A stretch of 64,000 nt of DNA from an uncultured Clostridia bacterium (GCA_944376195.1 CALWBW010000005.1:5941-69940); one strand, 5' to 3'; counted from the first letter of the stretch, positions 1-10,007 are shown. Program-made: numbers and translations. Notes: generated by a model from the letters alone, not told the origin.

Positions 1-690
1 ATCATAGGATGCGGGCAGATATTCCAAAACCATCTGGATGGCTTTCAGAGCAAGCGGATCAGTAAACGGAGAGTTCATAGTGGAAACATAAGCCTCAATC
101 GCGTGAGTCAAAGCATCCATACCGGTATGAGCGGTCAGTTTCTGCGGCATCGTTTCCGCGAGTTCAGGATCAACGATGGCAATATCCGGAGTAATGTTGA
201 AGTCGGCTAACGGATATTTAATGCCTTTCGCGTAATCGGTAATAACGGAGAATGCTGTGACTTCCGTTGCCGTACCGCTGGTAGACGGAATTGCGAGGAA
301 ATGTGCCTTTTGACGCAGTTCCGGGAAATTAAACGGCGTAATAAGATCTTCAAACGTGGTTTCCGGATACTCATAAAATGCCCACATTGCTTTTGCGGCG
401 TCAATCGGCGAACCGCCGCCCATCGCGACGATCCAATCCGGCTGGAACTCACGCATAGCTTCAGCGCCGCGCATCACGGTTTCCACAGAGGGATCCGGCT
501 CTACATTTTCAAAAAGGCGAACTTCCATTCCGGCTTTTTTCAAGTGGTCGACAACTTTATCCAAAAACCCGAAACGCTTCATGGAACCGCCACCGACAAC
601 AACAATCGCGCGTTTTCCTTTAATGGTTTCGAGAACTTCAAGCGTACCGCGCCCGTAATATATATCTCTCGGAAGTGTAAATCTTGCCAT
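1..690 (-). CDS. iron-containing (group III) alcohol dehydrogenase, N-terminal 230 codons only; the C-terminus lies beyond the window edge
   Basis: Missing from the ORF track because it runs off the edge. Reverse-strand ATG at 690 has AGGAGG 8 nt upstream. Translation MARFTLPRDIYYGRGTLEVLETIKGKRAIVVVGGGSMKRFGFLDKVVDHL... is a typical Fe-ADH N-terminus with a GGGS motif. The frame is open to position 1 (...DPLALKAIQMVLEYLPASYD). Confidence 0.85.
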   Translation of the reverse strand, partial: MARFTLPRDIYYGRGTLEVLETIKGKRAIVVVGGGSMKRFGFLDKVVDHLKKAGMEVRLFENVEPDPSVETVMRGAEAMREFQPDWIVAMGGGSPIDAAKAMWAFYEYPETTFEDLITPFNFPELRQKAHFLAIPSTSGTATEVTAFSVITDYAKGIKYPLADFNITPDIAIVDPELAETMPQKLTAHTGMDALTHAIEAYVSTMNSPFTDPLALKAIQMVLEYLPASYD

Positions 691-981
691 TGTAAATTCC
701 TCCTGTATTTTTTATTAAACAAAAGTTTTTCTTTTGTTTGATTTTATTGTAACACGCACATAGGAGAAAAGGAAATGTAAAAAAGACATATAGATATATA
801 TTTATCGATATCTAATTAGCGAATAGGATTTACGTATTCCATATGGAAGCAGCTAAGGGGAAACGTTAATTGATTGATTTTTCAATAATACGTGATATCG
901 TGCATGCAAAAAATTAATATGCATTAAAAAAATAGGGAGATTTCGGAAGAATGCAAAAATATCGGTATTTGTCGAAAACGG

Positions 982-1010
982 TTGCATAACTGAGGAAAAT
1001 ACGGTAAAAT
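982..1010 (+). promoter_or_regulatory. candidate sigma-A promoter for the SLH/GH25 gene (TTGCAT-17-TAAAAT)
   Basis: TTGCAT at 982-987, 17-nt spacer, TAAAAT at 1005-1010. An imperfect inverted repeat GTAACA-gtt-TGTTAC (1015-1029) sits at the predicted transcription start. Confidence 0.35.
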
Positions 1011-1120
1011 GAATGTAACAGTTTGTTACCAAATGTCATTCTTTTCGTGTTGGTTTGGAGATAGAAATTGCGTCCAACCGCCGGGAAGATGGGCGAAAAA
1101 AGGAAACCGGAGGTCTTGCA

Positions 1121-2701
1121 ATGGGAATAAATAGAATTCGAATACATCGGGTAATTTCTCTCAGTTTGATTTGTTTTATGATAATTGCGTGGTCATCCAT
1201 GACGATGGCGTTTACCGATACACAAGGGCATTGGGCGGAAGAGGCGATTTATAAATGGAGCGAAGAATATGGCGTTTTTCTGGGTTCCGATGGATTGTTT
1301 CGGCCCAATGCAGAAATTACGCGCGCAGAAATGGCAGTGTTATTAGACCGTATGTTGTGTTATGTGGAGCAATCTGATGAGACATTTGTTGATGTACCGT
1401 CAGATGCTTGGTATGCAGAGGCAATTTCAAAGTTGCATGCAGCCGGCGTTCTGTTGGGAGATGGTACTTCGGCAAATCCAATGGGGAAGATTACAAGAGA
1501 GCAGGCTGTTACGATGTTGGCACGCGCCTTTTCGTTGGATACAAAAGATGGAACGGAGAACGCTTTTACATACGAGGATTATGCGGAAATTTCCGATTGG
1601 GCGCGGGATGCGGTCGGTGCCATGACAGAGGCCGGATATATCCAGGGAAATGAGGGCCGGTTTTCTCCTCAGGCAAATCTGAGCCGCGCGGAAGCTGTGA
1701 CAATTTTTAATCAGATGTTTGCCCGAATGTACTCTGCGGGCGGGGTCTATTCTCAATATGCAGAAGGCAATGTGATTGTCAATGCGCAGACGCCGGTTGT
1801 ACTCCGCGATATGACGGTAGAAGGCGATTTGTATCTTGCCTATGATGTAGAAGTACCGCTGACACTGGATAATGTGACGGTGCGTGGAGATATTATTAAT
1901 TACAGTGAAGCAGAAATTATTCGTTTTGGCGGACAGGAAGAGGAAGAAATTTCAGGTAATTATATTACTTACGGCTCTTATCAAGTAGAAATTTTAGAAG
2001 AAGTACCCCGTAACCCCTATGAGGACGAGCGCTTCTTCCGGGGAAGTGACGGAAGAATTTACTATGATTCGGACGAATATGATGTGCTGACCGGAATAGA
2101 CGTTTCTGCCTGGCAGGAAGACATTGATTGGGAACTCGTTGCCCAGCAAGATATCGATTATGTTATGCTGCGTGTTGGATATCGAGGATATACGGAAGGG
2201 AATATCATGCTGGATCCTTATTTTTATCAAAATGTTGAGGGGGCTCTGGCAGCCGGCCTGGATGTAGGTGTTTATTTCTTTTCTCAAGCTGTTACGGTAG
2301 AAGAAGCGCTTGCAGAAGCGGAATTTGTGCTGGATGCGATTGCCGGTTTTGATATTAGTTTCCCGGTAGTGTTTGATTGGGAACCAGTTTCCAGCGACTA
2401 CGCACGTACAAATGGGCTTTCTACTCAGGTGCTCTGTGATTCGGCGAACGCTTTTTGTGCTGAGATAGAAGATGCGGGTTATACGCCGATGGTGTATTTT
2501 AATTTGTTTGCAGGTTATATCAAGTATGATTTATCGCAAGTGATGCAATACGATTTCTGGTTGGCCCAGTATTCCGACACGCCGTCATTCTATTATGATT
2601 TTGAAATGTGGCAATATACGTCAGATGGCGTCGTCCCGGGAATTGAGGGCGGGGTAGATATGAATATTTGTTTTGTAAACTACGCAGATCGCGGAGTTTG
2701 A
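1121..2701 (+). CDS. SLH-domain cell-wall-anchored GH25 muramidase (lysozyme/autolysin)
   Basis: ORF 1055..2701. Start moved to ATG 1121 (GGAAACCGGAGG upstream, hydrophobic signal-like N-terminus). SLH-type repeats are present (..AEITRAEMAVLLDRML.., ..KITREQAVTMLARAF.., ..LSRAEAVTIFNQMF..). The C-terminus has GH25 features (GIDVSAWQ.., DYVMLRVGYRGY.., VVFDWE). Confidence 0.8.
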   Translation: MGINRIRIHRVISLSLICFMIIAWSSMTMAFTDTQGHWAEEAIYKWSEEYGVFLGSDGLFRPNAEITRAEMAVLLDRMLCYVEQSDETFVDVPSDAWYAEAISKLHAAGVLLGDGTSANPMGKITREQAVTMLARAFSLDTKDGTENAFTYEDYAEISDWARDAVGAMTEAGYIQGNEGRFSPQANLSRAEAVTIFNQMFARMYSAGGVYSQYAEGNVIVNAQTPVVLRDMTVEGDLYLAYDVEVPLTLDNVTVRGDIINYSEAEIIRFGGQEEEEISGNYITYGSYQVEILEEVPRNPYEDERFFRGSDGRIYYDSDEYDVLTGIDVSAWQEDIDWELVAQQDIDYVMLRVGYRGYTEGNIMLDPYFYQNVEGALAAGLDVGVYFFSQAVTVEEALAEAEFVLDAIAGFDISFPVVFDWEPVSSDYARTNGLSTQVLCDSANAFCAEIEDAGYTPMVYFNLFAGYIKYDLSQVMQYDFWLAQYSDTPSFYYDFEMWQYTSDGVVPGIEGGVDMNICFVNYADRGV

Positions 2702-2734
2702 CACAATATCAGGGAAAACACAGAATTTTCGTAT

Positions 2735-2763
2735 TTGACTTTTTGATTGCAGTGTGGTAAGCT
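2735..2763 (+). promoter_or_regulatory. candidate extended -10 promoter (TTGACT-17-TGgTAAGCT)
   Basis: TTGACT at 2735-2740, 17-nt spacer containing TG at 2755-2756, TAAGCT at 2758-2763. It lies in the non-coding gap after the GH25 gene. Confidence 0.4.
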
Positions 2764-2857
2764 AAGCATCAATATGAAATGAGAAAGGTTTTGTTCTGCA
2801 ATGGAAGACAGCGGTAACCGATTATGTGATCGGAATACCTACAGAGTGGCATAATTG

Positions 2858-2896
2858 GCATAACCCGCACCGGCTGGTTGCGGGCTATGCTTTTTT
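2858..2896 (+). terminator. intrinsic terminator about 125 nt downstream of the 2735 promoter and about 245 nt upstream of the CNNM/CorC gene
   Basis: GCATA-a-CCCGCACC / GG(t)TGCGGG-c-TATGC stem (about 13 bp with a bulge and a mismatch), directly followed by TTTTTT (2891-2896). Confidence 0.6.
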
Positions 2897-3141
2897 GTAT
2901 TCTTTTATGCGAGAGAAAACCTATTTCAGAAAGGAGATGGTTAGATGGACAGTATACCGCGACGAGGATGGGAAAAAATGCGCAGAAAAGTACGATCCTG
3001 TTTTTTTGGATTTGCGGGGAAAAAGAAGGTTCTTTGGAGTCGGCATGTTTATAGATACTGTGCTGCATCGCGCTATTTTCGATGCTGACTTATAAAGAGA
3101 ACATAGAAGTGAAAAGAAGATAATTGAAAGGATCGTATTTT

Positions 3142-4410
3142 ATGCAAGGAGATAGTATTTCGATATTGGTCATGATTTTGCTTGTGATCATGTCTGCGTA
3201 TTTTTCTGCGACGGAGACTGCATTTTCGTCGTTGAGCCGTTCTCGTATCAAAATGATGATGGAACGTGGAAATCGGAAAGCCGCTTTGGTGTATAAGCTT
3301 TCCGAAAATTATGATAAATTGTTGTCCACAATTTTGGTTGGAAATAATATTGTCAACATTGCTGTTTCGTCTATCGCTACGGTATTCTTTATCGATCATC
3401 TGGGGGAATCTACCGGCCCGATGGCCGCGACGGTGGTTGCGACAATTGTTGTCCTGATTTTTGGAGAAATTTCTCCGAAAAGTTTGGCAAAGGAATCGCC
3501 GGAGCGCTTTGCGCTTTTCTCTGCGCCGATTCTTCAGGTCTGTCTCATTATTTTGACGCCGGTCAACTATTTGTTTTCCCTGTGGCGTAAGTTTATGTCC
3601 CGTGTGATTAAGGTGAATGACGACCGCCGCATGACAGATGAAGAATTATTGACCATTGTGGCAGAAGCGGAAGAAGAGGGCGGCATTGGCAGCGAGGAAA
3701 GTGAATTGATTCGCAGCGCGATCGAGTTTAACGATCAGGAAGCCGTAGATATTCTGACCCCTCGCGTAAATGTGGTTGCCGTGGAGCAGGATATAACGGC
3801 GGAAGAATTGGAAAAAGTATTCCGTGAGAGCGGACTTTCCCGTTTGCCTGTGTATAAGGATTCGATCGACAACGTTTTGGGGATTGTAAATCTCAAGGAT
3901 TTTTATGCTTGCCCTCGTGATGAGAAATTCCAGGTGATGGACATTGCAACGCAGCCTGTTTATATTTCTAAAAATATGAAGATTGGTGCGTTGTTGAAGT
4001 TCTTGCAAAAAACAAAGGCACATTTTGCCGTTGTAGCCGAGGAGTTTGGCGGAATGGTTGGAATTATCACGTTGGAAGACATCCTGGAAGAACTGGTTGG
4101 CGAAATTTGGGATGAACACGACGAAGTGATTGAGGAATTTGTGAAAATTTCCGATAACCAGTATAAAGTGCTTTGCAGCGCGGAACTTGATAAACTGTTT
4201 AAATTTTTGCATGTGCAAGGAGAGGCGGAGTCTGTCACAGTCAGTGGCTGGGTCATGGAAGAGTTGGGGCGGATCCCGAACGAAGGCGATGTCTTTACTT
4301 ATGAAAATTTGACAGTTGAAGTAACCAAAACAGATTATCGGCATGTTTTGGAAATTGTGATTACGGTCGATCCAGATTATTATGATAAACAGAATGTGGA
4401 TGAAGAGTAA
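3142..4410 (+). CDS. CNNM/HlyC-CorC family transporter (DUF21 membrane domain, CBS pair, CorC_HlyC C-terminal domain)
   Basis: ORF 3124..4410. ATG 3142 preferred (AAAGGA 9 nt upstream). N-terminal TM segments contain FSATETAF and GEISPKSLA motifs, followed by a CBS region and a C-terminal CorC/HlyC-like domain (SGWVMEELGRIPNEGD). Confidence 0.85.
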   Translation: MQGDSISILVMILLVIMSAYFSATETAFSSLSRSRIKMMMERGNRKAALVYKLSENYDKLLSTILVGNNIVNIAVSSIATVFFIDHLGESTGPMAATVVATIVVLIFGEISPKSLAKESPERFALFSAPILQVCLIILTPVNYLFSLWRKFMSRVIKVNDDRRMTDEELLTIVAEAEEEGGIGSEESELIRSAIEFNDQEAVDILTPRVNVVAVEQDITAEELEKVFRESGLSRLPVYKDSIDNVLGIVNLKDFYACPRDEKFQVMDIATQPVYISKNMKIGALLKFLQKTKAHFAVVAEEFGGMVGIITLEDILEELVGEIWDEHDEVIEEFVKISDNQYKVLCSAELDKLFKFLHVQGEAESVTVSGWVMEELGRIPNEGDVFTYENLTVEVTKTDYRHVLEIVITVDPDYYDKQNVDEE

Positions 4411-4538
4411 GACTTGCTGATTGCTGTTGCAAATGCTGAAATGAAAAGATAAGGAATCCCCCTGTCGGAAGTGTTAATTCGTTTCCTGAGAGGGGAATTT
4501 TTTTATTTGAATGGATTTGTACGGGAATACGGAAATGA

Positions 4539-5801
<1,263 letters not shown>

Positions 5802-5824
5802 GGTTTTTCATTAGGCAAGAAAAA

Positions 5825-5855
5825 AGAGCGCGAAAGCAAAAAACTTTCGCGCTCT
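5825..5855. terminator. bidirectional hairpin terminator between the convergent esterase and metI genes
   Basis: AGAGCGCGAAAG-caaaaaa-CTTTCGCGCTCT. An A-run precedes it on the + strand, which reads as a T-run on the - strand after metI. Confidence 0.6.
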
Positions 5856-5876
5856 TACATTTGTAAAAAAAGATCG

Positions 5877-6581
5877 TTACTTTTTTAAACGTTTGTCGCT
5901 TTTTATGGACAAGTGCGTACCGATCGACTGAAAAACTTGTACCAACAGAATCAGCAAAATAACCGCAAGCACCATAATAAGATACTTATAACGATAGTAT
6001 CCATAGTCAATTGCAATCTTGCCGAGACCGCCGCCGCCGATAATGCCGCTCATGGCAGAGTACCCCAAAATGGTGGTAATGGCAACCGTAGCATTTGAAA
6101 TCAGCGAAGGGATGCTTTCCGGAATCATGACTTTCCAGATAATCTGAAAAGGCGTTGCTCCCATACTTTGCGCGGCCTCCACAACATTTGGATTCACTTC
6201 GCGCATACTGCCCTCCACAAGACGCGCAATAAAGGGAAATGCTGCGACGACCAGAGGGACAATACTGGCGTTTGTACCAACTGTTGTACCGATGATCAGC
6301 CGGCTGAGAGGGAATACCATAATCATCAGAATCAGGAACGGAATAGAGCGCAGCAGATTGATGATGACATTTAATGCCTTTAAAAGCCAAGCCGGCAGTG
6401 GGCGAACCCCATTCTTTTCACCGACGACGAGTAAAACGCCAAGAGGCAACCCGATTACAATGGCAAAGGCTGTGGAAAGCACGGTGACGTAAAAGGTCTC
6501 CCATATAGCGAACGGGATTTCTTCTTGCAGGATGCGGAGCGCCTCCTGTAAGGATTCCGAAGAAAAAAGTCCGTCAAACAT
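5877..6581 (-). CDS. metI: methionine ABC transporter permease
   Basis: 234 aa, multi-pass membrane protein with MetI-type sequence (..SAQSMGATPFQIIWKVMIPESIPSL..). Its start overlaps the metN stop. Confidence 0.9.
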   Translation of the reverse strand: MFDGLFSSESLQEALRILQEEIPFAIWETFYVTVLSTAFAIVIGLPLGVLLVVGEKNGVRPLPAWLLKALNVIINLLRSIPFLILMIMVFPLSRLIIGTTVGTNASIVPLVVAAFPFIARLVEGSMREVNPNVVEAAQSMGATPFQIIWKVMIPESIPSLISNATVAITTILGYSAMSGIIGGGGLGKIAIDYGYYRYKYLIMVLAVILLILLVQVFQSIGTHLSIKSDKRLKK

Positions 6582-7585
6582 CAGTCTTCTACCTCCTCCG
6601 CGATAACGTTGGGAATGGCACGCAAGTAAGCCAACGCCCGCTCAAACTGGCCGTCCTCCGTAGGAACATCGAGCAGCATGTTTCCATAGGCCTGCGCCTC
6701 AATGGTGCGCGTGGAAGCGGCGATGATGTTGGCAAGCACACCGATATCAACCGCCATTTTTGCAATAATCGGTGCGCCTGTCACCTGTGCGCCGTTGAAA
6801 ACCAGACGGATACGCCGTCCTTCTGTCTGGCTGAGCAGCGTTTCGTCCACCCCACTGGGGAAAACCAGTTTTTTCGCCGCTGCGGATTGAGGACTTGAGA
6901 ATACCTCGGAGACGGGGCCCTCTTCCACCACAATGCCGCCATCCAAAATGGCAACGTGGTTACAAATATCTTCCACGACGCTCATCTGGTGTGTAATGAC
7001 GACCACGGTAATCCCGAGTTTCTGATTGATTTCCTGAATCAGTGAGAGAATTGCGTGTGTGGTATTGGGATCCAACGCGCTGGTCGCCTCATCACAGAGG
7101 AGGACTTTGGGATTGCTGGCAAGCGCACGCGCAATGGCGACACGTTGCTGCTGACCGCCGGAAAGCTGTGCCGGGTAAGCTTTCGCTTTATCGGGGAGTC
7201 CCACCAGTTCCAGCAGTTCCATGGCGCGCTGTCTGGCTTCCGATTTCTTCAATCCGGCAAGTTCCATAGGAAAACAGACATTTTGCAGGCAGTTGCGCTG
7301 CATCAGCAAATTAAAACCCTGGAAAATCATCGTAATGCTGCGTCTGGCTTCGCGAAGTTCCGCAGCGCTCATGGTATCCATTTCTTTTCCGTCAACGATG
7401 ACTTGCCCGGAGGTCGGCCGCTCCAGCATATTAATACAGCGCACCAGCGTGCTCTTTCCGGCGCCGCTCATGCCAATTATGCCATAAATGTCACCGTCTT
7501 CGATATGTAAGGTGATATCGCGCAAAGCTTCTACGGTGCCGTCGCTGACGTAAAAAGTCTTCGACAAATGGTTCAACTCAATCAT
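6581..7585 (-). CDS. metN: methionine ABC transporter ATP-binding protein with C-terminal NIL domain
   Basis: Walker A GMSGAGKST, ABC signature LSGGQQQRVAIARAL, Walker B LLCDEATSALD. The C-terminal NIL-like regulatory domain is typical of MetN. Confidence 0.92.
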   Translation of the reverse strand: MIELNHLSKTFYVSDGTVEALRDITLHIEDGDIYGIIGMSGAGKSTLVRCINMLERPTSGQVIVDGKEMDTMSAAELREARRSITMIFQGFNLLMQRNCLQNVCFPMELAGLKKSEARQRAMELLELVGLPDKAKAYPAQLSGGQQQRVAIARALASNPKVLLCDEATSALDPNTTHAILSLIQEINQKLGITVVVITHQMSVVEDICNHVAILDGGIVVEEGPVSEVFSSPQSAAAKKLVFPSGVDETLLSQTEGRRIRLVFNGAQVTGAPIIAKMAVDIGVLANIIAASTRTIEAQAYGNMLLDVPTEDGQFERALAYLRAIPNVIAEEVED

Positions 7586-7612
7586 GAGCGTTCCGTCCTC
7601 CCTTACTTTTGA

Positions 7613-8467
7613 TTACTTTCCACTAATTGCGTCCAGCGTAGACTGTTTTCCACCATAAAGCCCCATCGGCTCCACATGGATTGCGGCAGCAGAGACAATA
7701 TGCGTTCCATTTTCCGCATTGAAGTCTTCGAGATAGGGGAGGTGCTGGAAGTAGTTTGCATCGACTGTGCCATCCTCCACGATGGTGTTCGGAACGATGT
7801 AATCATTATAAATTTGAATATCGAGCGTAATGTCGCGGGCGGCAAGAATCTCTTTCGCAATTTCAAGAATTTCCGCATGCGGTGTGGGAGAAGCCGCTAC
7901 CGTGATAGTCTGTCCGGCAAGCGCGTCATAATCAACAGAGGAATCATATCCATCTCCGGGATTTTCCACAACGCTTACCACAGAACCGCCGTACTGTTCC
8001 GCGATATAATCAGCGGTTTGCTGGCTCTGCAGCGCGGCTACAAGCGCCTTTATTTTATCCGTCGTTTCGTTACCTTCCTTTACTGCAAGAATGTTGGCAT
8101 AGGCGGAAGCAGATCCTTCCATAACCAAGGAATCCTCGACGGGATTTAAACCGGCGTTAATGGCATAGTTGGAGTTAATGACCGCATAGTCGACATCCTG
8201 AAGCACATTTGGAATTTGTGCGGCTTCTGTTTCGACAATTTCGATGTTGTAGGGATTTTCCTCGATATCCACTTTAGTCGCGGTAATGCCGGCCCCTTCT
8301 TTTAACGTTATGATCCCGTTTTCCTCAAGAAGCAGCAGTGCGCGTGCTTCGTTTGTAGTATCATTGGGGACGGCAATCTGGATTTTCTCGTTGGAACAAC
8401 CGGCCAACGAAAGTAAGCTTAAAACTAAAATAGCAGCGAGGATCAGAGACAAAGCTCTCGTTTTCAT
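7613..8467 (-). CDS. metQ: MetQ/NlpA-family methionine-binding lipoprotein
   Basis: Lipobox LLSLAGC at the N-terminus, NlpA/MetQ-like body, first gene of metQ-metN-metI. AAAAGGAG lies upstream of ATG 8467. Confidence 0.9.
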   Translation of the reverse strand: MKTRALSLILAAILVLSLLSLAGCSNEKIQIAVPNDTTNEARALLLLEENGIITLKEGAGITATKVDIEENPYNIEIVETEAAQIPNVLQDVDYAVINSNYAINAGLNPVEDSLVMEGSASAYANILAVKEGNETTDKIKALVAALQSQQTADYIAEQYGGSVVSVVENPGDGYDSSVDYDALAGQTITVAASPTPHAEILEIAKEILAARDITLDIQIYNDYIVPNTIVEDGTVDANYFQHLPYLEDFNAENGTHIVSAAAIHVEPMGLYGGKQSTLDAISGK

Positions 8468-8588
8468 GGGGATTCTCCTTTTTTAAAATTTCTATTTGAA
8501 GCGGCTTTGGAACTCAAGATGAAAGAACCCTTGGGATAAGGCGTCCAAAGGAATGACAAGCCGGCCTGAGAAACAGCTTTTTTCCAAT

Positions 8589-8621
8589 GAAAAAGCAGGA
8601 AGCAAAACTTGCTTCCTGCTT
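8589..8621 (-). terminator. intrinsic terminator inside the metQNI 5' leader (candidate attenuator)
   Basis: Minus strand: AAGCAGGAAGCAA-guu-UUGCUUCCUGCUU followed by UUUC. The U-tract exists only in the minus orientation. It lies about 120 nt upstream of the metQ ATG and downstream of the 8799-8827 promoter. Confidence 0.6.
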
Positions 8622-8673
8622 GAATTCTATAAGAAAAAGGCCATAACCCTGAAAAAGGCGATATCTTATCAAT

Positions 8674-8751
8674 TCACTTTATGACAGAAAGCACATGGAG
8701 AGAAGACCGACACATGCACATTCTTGCTGCTGCAGCTGTATCTTTTCCCAT
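8674..8751 (-). CDS. candidate 25-codon leader peptide MGKDTAAAARMCMCRSSLHVLSVIK (hypothetical)
   Basis: Too short for the ORF track. ATG at 8751 has AAAGGGA about 8 nt upstream. Codons 11-14 are Met-Cys-Met-Cys. Stop TGA at 8676-8674, about 50 nt before the leader terminator. No homology evidence. Confidence 0.3.
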   Translation of the reverse strand: MGKDTAAAARMCMCRSSLHVLSVIK

Positions 8752-8798
8752 ATGGCTTTCCCTTTCTTTCCAAAACCGATCAATCAAATATGACCCTA

Positions 8799-8827
8799 AT
8801 TATACCGTGGATGTGTTCTTCTGTCAA
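8799..8827 (-). promoter_or_regulatory. consensus sigma-A promoter for metQNI (TTGACA-17-TATAAT)
   Basis: Minus strand TTGACA (8827-8822), 17-nt spacer, TATAAT (8804-8799). This implies a leader of about 325 nt. Confidence 0.55.
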
Positions 8828-9007
8828 TAACATATTGCATAAAATTTCGATTTATTTCTTGAAAATACATAAATTTTGTACTTTCAAGTGTGAGTTTTTA
8901 ATTGAGTGAAAAACTTTGAAACAAGTGCATTTTATGTTATGATAAAGAAAAGCTTAAAGCTTCTGCGTAATTAATAATGATTTTCATTTTTTATAGGAGG
9001 ATGTTTT

Positions 9008-9967
9008 ATGAAATCCGATGCGCGGCTTGTTGCAATCGGCGAACTTCTTATCGATTTCACACCGATGAAAGGAACGGGAAACCCCAAATTCGAGCAGAAT
9101 CCTGGCGGTGCGCCTGCCAATGTGCTTGCCGCTTTTACAAAGCTTGGCGGTAGCGCGGCCATGATTGGTATGGTGGGGGAGGATCTGTTTGGCCGTTACT
9201 TGCGCGGTGTTTTGCAAGAGACAGGAATAGACGATCGCGGGTTAAAAACCACGGCGGAGGCGGAAACAACGCTGGCTTTTGTTTCCATTGCGCCCGATGG
9301 TGATCGGGATTTTGTCTTTTACCGGCGTCCTGGCGCGGACACAAGATTACGTTGGGAGGACGTTGACGTCTCCTTGATTGAGAGATGCAGGATTCTGGCG
9401 TTTGGTTCTTTGTCCCAGACAACCGAGCCCTCTCGAACAGCAACGTTGCGTGCGGTGGAACTCGCTCGAAAACTGGGCAAAACAACGGCATATGATCCCA
9501 ACTGGCGCCCGTCTCTGTGGCATGACAGAGAAAATGGCATTGCAGTTATGCGTGCTTCTTTACCATATGCAGATATTTTAAAAGTTTCGGATGAAGAGGC
9601 AATTTTGCTGACAGGAGAGCGAGACTGGACGCGTGCCGCAAAACGTCTGGCCGAATCGGGTCCGCGTGCAATTTTTATAACGTTGGGTGCGGATGGATGC
9701 TATTATCGGCTGGCAGGCGTTGAGGGTCTTGCACCTGGATATTCAGTCAATTGCGTCGATACGACCGGTTCCGGCGACGCCTTTTTCGGCGCGGCTCTCG
9801 CTGAAATTGATGCGTTGGGAGGCTTGGACGCTGTAACATCGAAAGATGCGGCGCGCATTGCGCGTTTTTCAAATGCAGCAGGTGCATTGTGTGCGACACG
9901 GCGCGGCGCAATACCTGCCATGCCGGAAAGAACGGAAGTGGAAGCATTGCTCAGCGGCGTGGAATAA
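9008..9967 (+). CDS. PfkB-family carbohydrate kinase, fructokinase-like
   Basis: MKSDARLVAIGELLIDFTP...NPGGAPANV..., C-terminal DTTGSGDAF anion-hole motif. TAGGAGG lies upstream of the ATG. Confidence 0.85.
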   Translation: MKSDARLVAIGELLIDFTPMKGTGNPKFEQNPGGAPANVLAAFTKLGGSAAMIGMVGEDLFGRYLRGVLQETGIDDRGLKTTAEAETTLAFVSIAPDGDRDFVFYRRPGADTRLRWEDVDVSLIERCRILAFGSLSQTTEPSRTATLRAVELARKLGKTTAYDPNWRPSLWHDRENGIAVMRASLPYADILKVSDEEAILLTGERDWTRAAKRLAESGPRAIFITLGADGCYYRLAGVEGLAPGYSVNCVDTTGSGDAFFGAALAEIDALGGLDAVTSKDAARIARFSNAAGALCATRRGAIPAMPERTEVEALLSGVE

Positions 9968-10007
9968 GTATGGGTCTTTTTGGAAATCCTATCCCCGAGG
10001 TGAAAAA

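Noticed and set aside
2826-3095. The 89-aa ORF in the gap upstream of the CorC-family gene.
   Set aside because: Its first third reads through a strong intrinsic terminator hairpin and T-tract. There is no SD at its start. Only short sub-ORFs downstream of the terminator have any support (see findings).
8468-8800. Looked for an S-box (SAM-I) riboswitch or a Met T-box in the metQNI leader.
   Set aside because: By eye I found no GAGGGA/GGC..GCAACC/GGUGCUAA-type SAM-I core. I also found no specifier/T-box GGUGGNACCGCG sequence; the closest is AGGGUUAUGGCC. I therefore did not annotate a riboswitch. A covariance-model search is still needed.
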